Assembly: GCA_029245795.1 (NCBI GenBank)
Contig: JAQWOP010000009.1
Coordinates: 11,725 to 75,724, forward strand
Origin: Hyphomicrobiales bacterium
GTDB lineage: Bacteria > Pseudomonadota > Alphaproteobacteria > Rhizobiales > TMED25
Length of the DNA stretch: 64,000 nucleotides
Reading direction: 5' to 3'
Positions 43,587 through 52,624 of the stretch are shown in pieces (position 1 is the stretch's first letter; each line of letters opens with the position of its first letter). The notes under the pieces are model-generated. The model was not told the origin of the DNA. It made no database searches and saw only the letters and a list, made by a program, of their open reading frames with translations. The translations under genes and the position numbers were made by a program.

Positions 43587-44921
43587 ATGGTATCTGCAGC
43601 TGAACAACTTGCGTCTAATATAAATTTTTCAACCTTTGCAAAAGCCAAAGATTTAAAACAAAGAATTTTATTTACACTAGGTGCTTTGCTTATATATAGG
43701 CTTGGAACTTTTATTCCTTTGCCTGGAATCAATACGCAAGCACTTAATGATTTATTTCAACAAAACCAAAGCGGCATACTTGGAATGTTTGATATGTTTG
43801 CTGGCGGTGCTGTTGGTAGAATGGCTATTTTTGCTCTTAATATAATGCCATATATATCTGCCGCAATTATAATGCAATTACTTGTGGCTGTTTCTCCAGT
43901 TTTAAGCCAGTTAAGAAAAGAAGGTGGTGAAAGAGGTAGGAAACAAATAAACCAATACACGAGATATGGTACAGTATTTTTAGCAGTCCTTCAGGCATGG
44001 GGTATATCAATAGGTCTTGAGGGAGCTGGAGATATTGTAATTGATCCAGGTTTATATTTTCGTTTTTCTGCCGTTATTACATTAGTTGGTGGTGTTGTTT
44101 TTTTGATGTGGATTGGAGAGCAGGTTACTGCGAGAGGTATAGGTAATGGTATATCACTTATAATCTTTGCAGGTATTGTAGCTGAGCTCCCGTCTGCCCT
44201 GGTAAATACATTAGAATTAGGAAGGCAAGGCGCACTTTCAACATGGCTTATACTTGCTGTCCTGATAATAGCAATTGCTGTTATAGTTATTATAGTTTAT
44301 GTCGAAAGAGCCCAAAGAAGGATTATTGTTCAATACCCAAGACGACAGCAGGGTAATAAAGTCACAGGAGGAGATAGCTCTCATTTACCTTTGAAAATTA
44401 ATACAGCTGGGGTTATTCCGCCTATTTTTGCATCATCATTACTTCTTCTTCCTATGACTGTAGCTAACTTTTCTACGGGACAAGGCCCAGATTGGCTGAA
44501 TTTTATAAGCTCCCTTCTTGGAAGAGGTCAACCATTATACATAATATTTTATATTAGTTTAATTGTATTCTTTGCTTTCTTTTATACTGCAATTGTATTC
44601 AACCCTTCAGATACGGCGGATAATTTAAAAAGACAAGGTGGATTCATTCCAGGAATTCGACCAGGTGATAGAACAGCTGAATATATAGATTATGTGTTGA
44701 CAAGAATAACATGTGTTGGGGCAGCTTATCTTGCCGCTGTCTGTATATTACCAGAGATATTAATGTCATATGCAGCAATCCCTTTCTATTTTGGAGGTAC
44801 TTCCCTGCTAATTGTAGTAAATGTTACGATGGATACAGTATCTCAAGTGCAAAGTCATCTGTTGGCTCATCAATACGAAGGTTTGATAAAGAAATCAAAT
44901 CTAAGAGGTAAGAAAAGATGA
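43587..44921 (+). CDS. secY: preprotein translocase subunit SecY
   Basis: 444 aa with 10 TM segments; conserved position after rplO. Confidence 0.97.
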   Translation: MVSAAEQLASNINFSTFAKAKDLKQRILFTLGALLIYRLGTFIPLPGINTQALNDLFQQNQSGILGMFDMFAGGAVGRMAIFALNIMPYISAAIIMQLLVAVSPVLSQLRKEGGERGRKQINQYTRYGTVFLAVLQAWGISIGLEGAGDIVIDPGLYFRFSAVITLVGGVVFLMWIGEQVTARGIGNGISLIIFAGIVAELPSALVNTLELGRQGALSTWLILAVLIIAIAVIVIIVYVERAQRRIIVQYPRRQQGNKVTGGDSSHLPLKINTAGVIPPIFASSLLLLPMTVANFSTGQGPDWLNFISSLLGRGQPLYIIFYISLIVFFAFFYTAIVFNPSDTADNLKRQGGFIPGIRPGDRTAEYIDYVLTRITCVGAAYLAAVCILPEILMSYAAIPFYFGGTSLLIVVNVTMDTVSQVQSHLLAHQYEGLIKKSNLRGKKR

Positions 44922-45493
44922 ATTTAATACTTTTGGGCCCTCCTGGTTCAGGTAAAGGAACACAATCTGAATTCATTGTTAAAAAATATGGTTATTATCA
45001 ACTTTCTACTGGGGATATATTGAGACAAGCAATTACTAAGAAAACAACTACAGGAATGGTTGTAAAGGATATACTGGCAAGTGGAAAGCTAGTGAATAAT
45101 GAATTGATTTTACAGATTATGGAAGAGAAATTATCTGAGACATATTCTAAACCCGGGAGAATATTTGATGGGTTTCCAAGAACGATTATGCAAGCAGAGC
45201 AATTAGAGGAATTATTACATAACCAGAATATGAAATTAGATTTGATAATAGAACTATCTGTTGATGAAAATACATTATTGGAACGGATTACTAAACGTGC
45301 TAATGAAAGTTCTGAGACAAGAGAAGATGATACTATTGAAATTCTAAAAAAACGATTAGAAGTTTATAATATTGAAACAAAGCCTATAATAGACTATTAC
45401 ACAGACAAATATCATGTGCAGAAGATAGACGGAATGATGAGCGTTCATAAAGTAAGTGAGAGAATAGAGGAGTTAATAAACTTAAATTCTTGA
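44918..45493 (+). CDS. adk: adenylate kinase (short form)
   Basis: P-loop GPPGSGKGTQ. ATGA overlap with secY. Confidence 0.95.
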   Translation: MNLILLGPPGSGKGTQSEFIVKKYGYYQLSTGDILRQAITKKTTTGMVVKDILASGKLVNNELILQIMEEKLSETYSKPGRIFDGFPRTIMQAEQLEELLHNQNMKLDLIIELSVDENTLLERITKRANESSETREDDTIEILKKRLEVYNIETKPIIDYYTDKYHVQKIDGMMSVHKVSERIEELINLNS

Positions 45494-45611
45494 TTAATGG
45501 ATAATAGATAAACGAATATAATTGATAATATAAATAATTATTGATATAAACACAAAAGATTATGACATATTATTTATTTATTCATAACATTTCATACTAA
45601 GGAGAACTAAA

Positions 45612-45980
45612 TTGGCGAGAATAGCAGGGGTAAATATTCCAACTAACAAGCGTGTTGAGATTGCGCTTAGAAGCATACACGGGATTGGACCAATAAAAGC
45701 AAGAGATATATGCAATAAAGTAAATATTGATCTTACAAAAAGAGTAAATCAATTATCTGATTCTGAAGTGATTGCTATAAGAGAAGCTATTGATAATGAT
45801 TATATTGTTGAAGGGGATCTACGTAGAGAAGTAGCAATGAATATAAAAGGAATGATGGATCTTGGTTGTTATCGAGGTTTAAGGCATAGACGAGGACTTC
45901 CTGTTAGGGGACAAAGGACTCATACAAATGCGAGGACACGAAAAGGTCCAGCCAAGGCAATTGCTGGTAAGAAAAAATAG
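45612..45980 (+). CDS. rpsM: 30S ribosomal protein S13
   Basis: TTG start preceded by AAGGAGAA, then ARIAGVNIP. Confidence 0.96.
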   Translation: MARIAGVNIPTNKRVEIALRSIHGIGPIKARDICNKVNIDLTKRVNQLSDSEVIAIREAIDNDYIVEGDLRREVAMNIKGMMDLGCYRGLRHRRGLPVRGQRTHTNARTRKGPAKAIAGKKK

Positions 45981-45992
45981 TTAGGATTAATA

Positions 45993-46382
45993 ATGGTTAA
46001 AGATAAGACTAGAGTAAAAAGAAGAGAGAAAAAGAATATAACTTCTGGTGTGGCTTATGTAAACGCTACATATAACAATACTATGGTTACAATTACAGAT
46101 GTTCAGGGGAACGCGATATCATGGTCATCTGCTGGGGGTATGGGTTTCAAAGGATCACGTAAATCTACACCTTATGCTGCACAGGTTGCGGCAGAAGATG
46201 CTGCTAAAAAAGCAATGGAACATGGAATGAAAACAATTGAGGTTATGGTCAAAGGTCCAGGTACAGGTAGAGAGTCAGCTCTTCGTGCTTTGCAAACAAC
46301 TGGATTTACAATTACATCAATAAAAGATGTTACACCTATTCCACATAATGGTTGTAGACCTCCAAAAAGACGACGTGTTTAA
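45993..46382 (+). CDS. rpsK: 30S ribosomal protein S11
   Basis: [14 protein letters not shown] and the [14 protein letters not shown]-terminus. Confidence 0.97.
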   Translation: MVKDKTRVKRREKKNITSGVAYVNATYNNTMVTITDVQGNAISWSSAGGMGFKGSRKSTPYAAQVAAEDAAKKAMEHGMKTIEVMVKGPGTGRESALRALQTTGFTITSIKDVTPIPHNGCRPPKRRRV

Positions 46383-46452
46383 TGCCCATTAAGTTCATAA
46401 TTTGAATATGAAAGAGATAATTTTTAAAATAAAAGAGTAAAGAGGTAATACT

Positions 46453-47469
46453 GTGATAGAAAAAAATTGGCAGGAATTAATAAAGCCTAATAAAATTGAG
46501 ATCAAAGATGAACAATCAGGAAAAAATGTTTCTCGTTTAACTGTTGAGCCAATGGAAAAAGGTTTTGGATTAACGATTGGGAATTCTCTCAGAAGAATAT
46601 TATTATCATCTTTGCAAGGTGGTGCCATTACTTCTGTGAAGATAGATGGTGTACTCCATGAGTTCTCAGCTATATCTGGCGTAAGAGAAGATGTAACAGA
46701 TATTATTTTAAATATTAAGGATATTGCATTAAAAATGCATACTGACACTCAGGTCAAACTCATACTCAATAAAACTGGCCCTTGTACTGTTGTTGCTGGT
46801 GATATTGAATCTTCAACTGATATTGAAATTTTAAATCCTGAATCTGTAATTTGTACTCTTGATGATAAAGTAAATATCAGAATGGAATTTATTGCAAGAA
46901 CTGGAAGAGGCTATGTGCCTGCTGAAAAAAATAGATCTGAAGATGAGCCCGTAGGACTTATTCCAATTGATAGTCTTTTCTCACCAGTAAAAAGAGTCTC
47001 ATATGAGATTGAAAATACAAGAGAAGGGCAAATTCTTGATTACGATAAACTGAATATGACTATCGAGACAGATGGTTCGGTTCGTCCAGAGGATGCTATC
47101 GCATTTGCTGCAAGAATTATGCAAGATCAATTAGATGTTTTTGTTAATTTTGAAGAACCTGTTGCTCCTGTTGTAGAAGATAAAACACCTGAACTAACAT
47201 TTAATCCAGCGCTACTGAAAAAAGTAGACGAATTAGAACTTTCAGTTAGATCAGCTAATTGTCTTAAAAATGACAATATTGTATATATTGGAGACCTGAT
47301 ATTAAAGTCTGAGTCAGAAATGCTAAGAACACCTAATTTTGGCAGAAAGTCACTGAATGAAATAAAGGAAGTTTTAGCGCAAATGGGTCTACACCTGGGT
47401 ATGAATATACCGAATTGGCCACCAGAAAATATTGATGATTTAGCAAAAAGATACGAAGAAAGTTATTAG
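46453..47469 (+). CDS. rpoA: DNA-directed RNA polymerase subunit alpha
   Basis: GTG start; [14 protein letters not shown]; C-terminal domain [12 protein letters not shown]. Confidence 0.97.
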   Translation: MIEKNWQELIKPNKIEIKDEQSGKNVSRLTVEPMEKGFGLTIGNSLRRILLSSLQGGAITSVKIDGVLHEFSAISGVREDVTDIILNIKDIALKMHTDTQVKLILNKTGPCTVVAGDIESSTDIEILNPESVICTLDDKVNIRMEFIARTGRGYVPAEKNRSEDEPVGLIPIDSLFSPVKRVSYEIENTREGQILDYDKLNMTIETDGSVRPEDAIAFAARIMQDQLDVFVNFEEPVAPVVEDKTPELTFNPALLKKVDELELSVRSANCLKNDNIVYIGDLILKSESEMLRTPNFGRKSLNEIKEVLAQMGLHLGMNIPNWPPENIDDLAKRYEESY

Positions 47470-47494
47470 TATAAAAAATATATAGGAGAAGAAT

Positions 47495-47935
47495 ATGCGT
47501 CATAAGAATTCTGGACGTAAATTAAATAGAACATCTAGTCATAGAAAGGCTATGTTTTCAAATATGGTTAATGCTTTAATTAAGCATGAACAAATTGTTA
47601 CTACGCTTCCAAAAGCAAAGGAATTAAGGCCAATTGTTGAGAAGTTGGTGACTTTGTCGAGAACAAATGATTTACATTCAAGAAGGCAGGCAATATCAAG
47701 ACTTCAAGATAATACTATAGTAAAAAAACTATTTGATGTCCTAGGTCCAAGGTATGCAGAGAGAAACGGTGGCTACACCAGAATAATAAAAGCTGGTTAT
47801 AGGTATGGTGACTCTGCTCCAATGGCTGTAATTGAATTTATAGATAGAGATAAGGAAGCTAAGGGCAAAGACTCTGGTCCCGTTCAGATACAAGAAAATC
47901 AAGAAGAAACTGAAAACGCAAATTCAATTGCTTAA
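47495..47935 (+). CDS. rplQ: 50S ribosomal protein L17
   Basis: [20 protein letters not shown]. Confidence 0.96.
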   Translation: MRHKNSGRKLNRTSSHRKAMFSNMVNALIKHEQIVTTLPKAKELRPIVEKLVTLSRTNDLHSRRQAISRLQDNTIVKKLFDVLGPRYAERNGGYTRIIKAGYRYGDSAPMAVIEFIDRDKEAKGKDSGPVQIQENQEETENANSIA

Positions 47936-47937
47936 GA

Positions 47938-48309
47938 ATGCTTAAAGTCATAATAGTTGGCTTTGGTGGTTTTTTAGGCTCAATTTTAAGATATCTAATT
48001 TATCTATTCTCTAATAACATATTAGGATCTCAATACCCTTTTAGTACAATAATCATCAATGTTTTGGGTTGTTTTTTGATTGGAGTAATCTTTCAGGTTT
48101 TCAATGAGGCTATTACTATTTCAGAAAATCTAAAATTATTTCTGACTATTGGTTTCTTGGGTGGTTTTACAACTTTTTCAACATTCTCCATTGATGCGTT
48201 TCTTATCTATCAAAATAATAGTAAATTAGTAGCTATGTGCTATATTTTACTAACTTTATTCTTATCTTTATCTGCTATGCTGATAGGTATGATGACGTTT
48301 AAGTCTTAA
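47938..48309 (+). CDS. crcB: fluoride ion channel CrcB/FEX
   Basis: 123 aa, 4 TM segments, GGFLGSILRY and GFLGGFTTFSTFS motifs. Confidence 0.85.
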   Translation: MLKVIIVGFGGFLGSILRYLIYLFSNNILGSQYPFSTIIINVLGCFLIGVIFQVFNEAITISENLKLFLTIGFLGGFTTFSTFSIDAFLIYQNNSKLVAMCYILLTLFLSLSAMLIGMMTFKS

Positions 48310-48326
48310 ATTGAGAAGGGCATCAA

Positions 48327-49247
48327 ATGCAGAAGGTTGTCAAGATTGATGATAATCATATAAGGCTTGATAGATGGTTAAAAGAGAATATATCTAATAA
48401 TAGTTATATAAATATACAAAAGATAATAAGAACTGGTCAAGTAAGAGTAGGTGGCCGAAGAAAGAAATCAGATTACAGAGTGTTAACTGGAGATATTATC
48501 CGTATTCCACCAGAGTATTTTGATAAAAAATCGACATTAAAACAGAATACTAGCAATTCCTCATTTTCTATTGAGGGTATGAGAATTTATGAAGATGAAA
48601 GTGTTTTAGTTATTAATAAACCATATGGGCTATCAACCCAAGGTGGGACTGGGGTTAATATACATGTAGATGGTTTGTTAAAAGATATCAATGATGAAGT
48701 GAATGAGAAATATAGGTTAGTTCATAGATTAGATAAACATACGAGTGGCGTTTTGTTGATCGCAAAGAGGCGAGAAGTAGCACAATTTTATATGTTAGCT
48801 TTTAAGAATAAGTTGGTAAAAAAACAATATGTAGCTTTGGTAAATGGTAAGCCCTTGGAAAATAGTGGCGTTATAAGTAAAGATTTGGAGATCAAATATC
48901 AAAATAAAGGTGATTTAGAAAGGATTGAAAAAAAACAAGACGCTCAAACAACATATAAAGTATTAGATACATATGAGGATATAATCTCTTTTTTAGAAGT
49001 ACATCCGTTAACAGGTAGGAAACATCAAATCAGAAAGCATTTAAGCCTAATTGGAAATCCAGTCTTAGGTGATAAAAGATATGGTGAGGATAAACTCATT
49101 AAAGGTTTAGATAGAAAATTATACTTACATTCCCAAAAACTAGTATTTCCTAGTTTTGGGAATAAAAAAAATATAGAAGTTGATGCAGAAATGCCAGATT
49201 ACTTTTGTAATGCTTTAAAAATATTAAACATTAATGCAAATGGTTGA
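48327..49247 (+). CDS. RluA-family 23S rRNA pseudouridine synthase (RluC/RluD-like, N-terminal S4 domain)
   Basis: S4-like N-terminus IRLDRWLKE. Catalytic HRLDKHTSGVLLIAK and GRKHQIRKH. Confidence 0.85.
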   Translation: MQKVVKIDDNHIRLDRWLKENISNNSYINIQKIIRTGQVRVGGRRKKSDYRVLTGDIIRIPPEYFDKKSTLKQNTSNSSFSIEGMRIYEDESVLVINKPYGLSTQGGTGVNIHVDGLLKDINDEVNEKYRLVHRLDKHTSGVLLIAKRREVAQFYMLAFKNKLVKKQYVALVNGKPLENSGVISKDLEIKYQNKGDLERIEKKQDAQTTYKVLDTYEDIISFLEVHPLTGRKHQIRKHLSLIGNPVLGDKRYGEDKLIKGLDRKLYLHSQKLVFPSFGNKKNIEVDAEMPDYFCNALKILNINANG

Positions 49248-49947
49248 AATAAAAAATAATTTAAAATCAATTTTTGACAATATAAGCATAGTTACAGAGG
49301 GTCTATTCTATAAGATGTTTATTAGTAATAAACCCTTTATTACTCTTAAAGGCAACCCAGTCAATATTCCAAATAATATTTTTAAAATTCAGCTAGAAAA
49401 TGAGTTAGGTAGTTATCAAGAAAAGCAATCAAATAATTTAGTTACATATAATATGTTAATTAAATTTGCTGATAATATTCATTCCGATAAAGACGAATCA
49501 ATTAATTTTTTTTTGAAATATTTAGACACAGATTTGCTATTTTATAAAGTTAACACACCTAGTGCTCTTGTAAAACTTCAAGAAGATTCTTGGGGTAAAA
49601 TAATTCAACGTTTTAATAGTGTCTTCAAAACATCTTGGAAGGTTACTAACAAAATTCAACCATTAAAGCAAGATCCGGCAAGCATATCTATAGTCAAAAA
49701 TTATTTAAATAGCTTAGATAATATGAGCCTGCAGTTAATGGATTCAATTCTTAAATTAACAGGATCATGTTTATTAACTATTTTATGTAAACAAAAAGAA
49801 TTAAGTTATACCGAAATTTGGGAAGCAATATATTTAGAAGAGATATGGTATAATAAATATCTTTACAAAGATTCTTTGAGGAAAAAAGAGCTTGAAGAAA
49901 AAAAAATTGAACTAGAATCTTATCTAAAATTATTAGATTCATTATGA
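49234..49947 (+). CDS. ATP12-family F1-ATPase assembly chaperone-like protein
   Basis: By-eye match to the ATP12 pattern (YLDTDLLFYKV, LQEDSW, LTGSCLLT, EEIWYN). It follows a pseudouridine synthase, as in many alphaproteobacteria. Confidence 0.55.
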   Translation: MQMVEIKNNLKSIFDNISIVTEGLFYKMFISNKPFITLKGNPVNIPNNIFKIQLENELGSYQEKQSNNLVTYNMLIKFADNIHSDKDESINFFLKYLDTDLLFYKVNTPSALVKLQEDSWGKIIQRFNSVFKTSWKVTNKIQPLKQDPASISIVKNYLNSLDNMSLQLMDSILKLTGSCLLTILCKQKELSYTEIWEAIYLEEIWYNKYLYKDSLRKKELEEKKIELESYLKLLDSL

Positions 49948-50604
49948 TAATATTAAGTTATCTATTCTCGTCAATTTTGCAATTTTATACTCAAAATTTT
50001 CAATAAATTTTTTATCAAATCTTTCTATAGAAATATTTGTATCTATTTCATTAAGACTCGTTACTCCAAAATTTGATAATCCACATGGAATAATACCATT
50101 AAAATAATCCATATTAGGGTTAATGTTAATTGCAATACCATGGAGAGAAATCCATTTTTTCACTTTAAGCCCAATTGCCCCTATTTTTTGTTCTTCATTA
50201 TCTCTTTTTACCCATAAGCCAATACGGTCTCTACTTGGATAAACATCTATATTAAAAGACGCCATTGTATTAATCAAAATTTCTTCAAGAGTTTGGATAA
50301 AATATCTTATATCCTTATTAAAACGCTCTAAGTCTATCATTAAGTAAATAACTCTCTGTCCAGGTCCATGGTATGTATATTTTCCGCCTCTCGGTGTTTG
50401 GTAAACCGGAATTTTATTTGTTACTAGCAATTCTTCTTCTTTAGCACTTGAGCCAGCTGTATATATTGATGGGTGCTCCAGCAACCAAATTAATTCTTTC
50501 ATTTCTCCATTGCGTATAGATATAGCTCTACGCTCCATGAAATTCGATGCTTCTTGGTAATCCACTAAAGTGGTGCTTTTATAATATTCTATTTTTCTGG
50601 TCAT
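49942..50604 (-). CDS. lipB: octanoyltransferase LipB
   Basis: LLEHPSIYTAGSSA, RGGKYTYHGPGQ, and KIGAIGLKV with the catalytic Lys region. Confidence 0.9.
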   Translation of the reverse strand: MTRKIEYYKSTTLVDYQEASNFMERRAISIRNGEMKELIWLLEHPSIYTAGSSAKEEELLVTNKIPVYQTPRGGKYTYHGPGQRVIYLMIDLERFNKDIRYFIQTLEEILINTMASFNIDVYPSRDRIGLWVKRDNEEQKIGAIGLKVKKWISLHGIAININPNMDYFNGIIPCGLSNFGVTSLNEIDTNISIERFDKKFIENFEYKIAKLTRIDNLILS

Positions 50605-50690
50605 ATTTAATTTTAATATAGTTTTTAATTTTAGTAATTGCTAAATAATAACATTCTAATATATTTAGTTATATAATTTAAATAAATTTT

Positions 50691-50776
50691 GCGATCGTGG
50701 CGGAATGGTAGACGCGCAGCGTTGAGGTCGCTGTAGGGGTAACTCTGTGGAAGTTCGAATCTTCTCGATCGCACCA
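50691..50776 (+). tRNA. tRNA-Leu (anticodon GAG)
   Basis: Acceptor GCGATCG/CGATCGC, anticodon stem CAGCG/CGCTG, loop UUGAGGU, long variable arm, T-arm GGAAGTTCGAATCTTCT, encoded CCA. Confidence 0.9.
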
Positions 50777-50844
50777 TCTTTATAGGAAAGAATAATTTTT
50801 TTAAACTTATGAAAGTATATTTTTAACTATTTTAGAAACTACAG

Positions 50845-51180
50845 ATGTTAATATTAATCCTTTCTATAATTTTTATTGCAATAATGGGCTTATTGGTAAA
50901 ATTTAAAGTCCTTGGTTTTTTTCTTTATTTATTACCGTATATAATGAGAAACTTGGGTAATCTAGGTAAATCTTATTCAAAATCAAAAACAAATAATCCA
51001 ACTAGTATGAATGAAGATGAAGCATATGAGATTTTAGGATTAAATCCAGGAGATGATCTCGATAAGATTGAAGAGGCTTACCGTAATTTAATAAAGAAGA
51101 ATCATCCTGATAGAGGTGGAAGTGAATACATAGCAAAAAAAATTAATTCTGCAAGGGAGACTTTGATAAAATCAAGATAA
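50845..51180 (+). CDS. membrane-anchored J-domain protein (DnaJ-domain, Tim14/Pam18-like architecture)
   Basis: N-terminal hydrophobic segments, then a C-terminal J domain: AYEILGLNPGDDLDKIEEAYRNLIKKNHPDRGG, carrying the HPD motif. Confidence 0.8.
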   Translation: MLILILSIIFIAIMGLLVKFKVLGFFLYLLPYIMRNLGNLGKSYSKSKTNNPTSMNEDEAYEILGLNPGDDLDKIEEAYRNLIKKNHPDRGGSEYIAKKINSARETLIKSR

Positions 51181-51184
51181 GAAA

Positions 51185-52156
51185 TTAGGGTAATATAGCT
51201 AAAAACTTATTAACTCTATTACTTAAAATGTCATATTTAGAGCTGCTTATACTTTGTTTATGATTTAGGCTGTAATCAATTTTCTGATTCTTTAAATCTG
51301 ATACGCTATATGGATTCATTATAGGGTAGGGGATATTCCCTCCTGTTTTTTTAAGAGATAAATCTAAAACTTTGGCCATATTGCTATTTCTTGAATTAGA
51401 AGTACTACCTCCCATGACAACTGATATTAATTGTTTGTTACTTCTTGTTACATAGGTTAATAAATTGAATCCTGACATGCTCGTAAAACCAGTTTTGATT
51501 CCTTTTGCTCCATTGTAGGTATATAAAAGTCTATTATGACTAGAATATTTTTTACCTTCATAGCTAAATTCTTTTATTGAAAAAACTTTTGATTCTTCAG
51601 GGTAATCTTTAATCATTCTTAATCCAAGAATTGCCATATCATATGCAGTTGTTGTTTGGTAATTATCATGTAATCCAGAGGCATTTTTAAAGGTAGTACT
51701 GTACATTCCAAGCTCTCTTGCTTTTTCTGTCATCTTAAGTGCAAATTGTTTTTCAGAACCAGATATATGTTCAGCTACTGCAGTAGCAACATCATTTGCA
51801 GACTTTATCGCTAAAGCTTTAATAGCATTACTGAATGATATAGTTTCACCTGTTGATAATCCTAATTTAGAAGCTGGTTTACTTGAGGCATTTCTAGAAA
51901 AAGTGATTAGATCTGTTTTTTTTATCTTATTATTATTAATATCTTCAAAAATTAAATATAAAGTCATAACCTTTGTAAGCGATGCTGGATAACGTTTTTG
52001 AAACCCTTTATTGTTATGAACTATTTCTCCTGATCTTGCATCGAGAGAAAATGAGGAATATTTCGGTGCTGCATTTACATCATTAGTTCCAGTAAAAATG
52101 AAACATGGAAATATTATTAATATAAAAATTAATTTTTTTATAAATATATTTTTCAT
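51185..52156 (-). CDS. D-alanyl-D-alanine carboxypeptidase (S11 / PBP5-type)
   Basis: N-terminal signal-like segment, SxxK motif (PASLTKVMT), and KTGFT box (GIKTGFTS). Confidence 0.85.
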   Translation of the reverse strand: MKNIFIKKLIFILIIFPCFIFTGTNDVNAAPKYSSFSLDARSGEIVHNNKGFQKRYPASLTKVMTLYLIFEDINNNKIKKTDLITFSRNASSKPASKLGLSTGETISFSNAIKALAIKSANDVATAVAEHISGSEKQFALKMTEKARELGMYSTTFKNASGLHDNYQTTTAYDMAILGLRMIKDYPEESKVFSIKEFSYEGKKYSSHNRLLYTYNGAKGIKTGFTSMSGFNLLTYVTRSNKQLISVVMGGSTSNSRNSNMAKVLDLSLKKTGGNIPYPIMNPYSVSDLKNQKIDYSLNHKQSISSSKYDILSNRVNKFLAILP

Positions 52157-52297
52157 ATCTAAAATAATACTATTAAATTCTTATGTTTTTATTAATCTCA
52201 AAGGTTATTCCACAGATCCTTAATAAATATTTTTTTAAAATTGAATTTTGTATTTTAATTACCAAGTAATATAATAGAATAATTATTTAAAAAGGTT

Positions 52298-52621
52298 GTG
52301 GAAATGGTCACATCTGGCAATTCAGTATCGAATGAGAATCAAACACTACTTAAAGATAAAGTTACTAGACCAAGTATGTATCAAGTGATACTCTTGAATG
52401 ATGACTATACGCCTATGGAATTCGTTGTAGAGGTATTGATGAAATACTTTTCCAAAAATATAGATGAAGCAAATCAAGTAATGTTGCATGTTCATAAGAG
52501 TGGGATGGGCTTATGTGGTGTCTACCCATTTGATATTGCAGAAACAAAAGTTATGCAAGTAATGAACTTCTCTATAAAGAATGGTCATCCTTTGCAATGT
52601 AAAATGGAAAAGAATAGGTAA
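52298..52621 (+). CDS. clpS: ATP-dependent Clp protease adaptor ClpS
   Basis: [20 protein letters not shown]. The start is GTG 52298 or ATG 52304. Confidence 0.93.
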   Translation: MEMVTSGNSVSNENQTLLKDKVTRPSMYQVILLNDDYTPMEFVVEVLMKYFSKNIDEANQVMLHVHKSGMGLCGVYPFDIAETKVMQVMNFSIKNGHPLQCKMEKNR

Positions 52622-52624
52622 GTT

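Noticed and set aside
45494-45611. Looked for rpmJ (L36) or an S4-type leader between adk and rpsM, and noted a TTGATA-N17-TATAAA promoter-like match (45522-45550).
   Set aside because: No ORF resembling L36 (MKV..S.K..C..C) occurs in any frame. The promoter-like match is AT-only in very AT-rich DNA, so I do not report it as a feature.
47936-47937. Fluoride riboswitch upstream of crcB.
   Set aside because: Only 2 nt separate rplQ from crcB, so there is no space for one.
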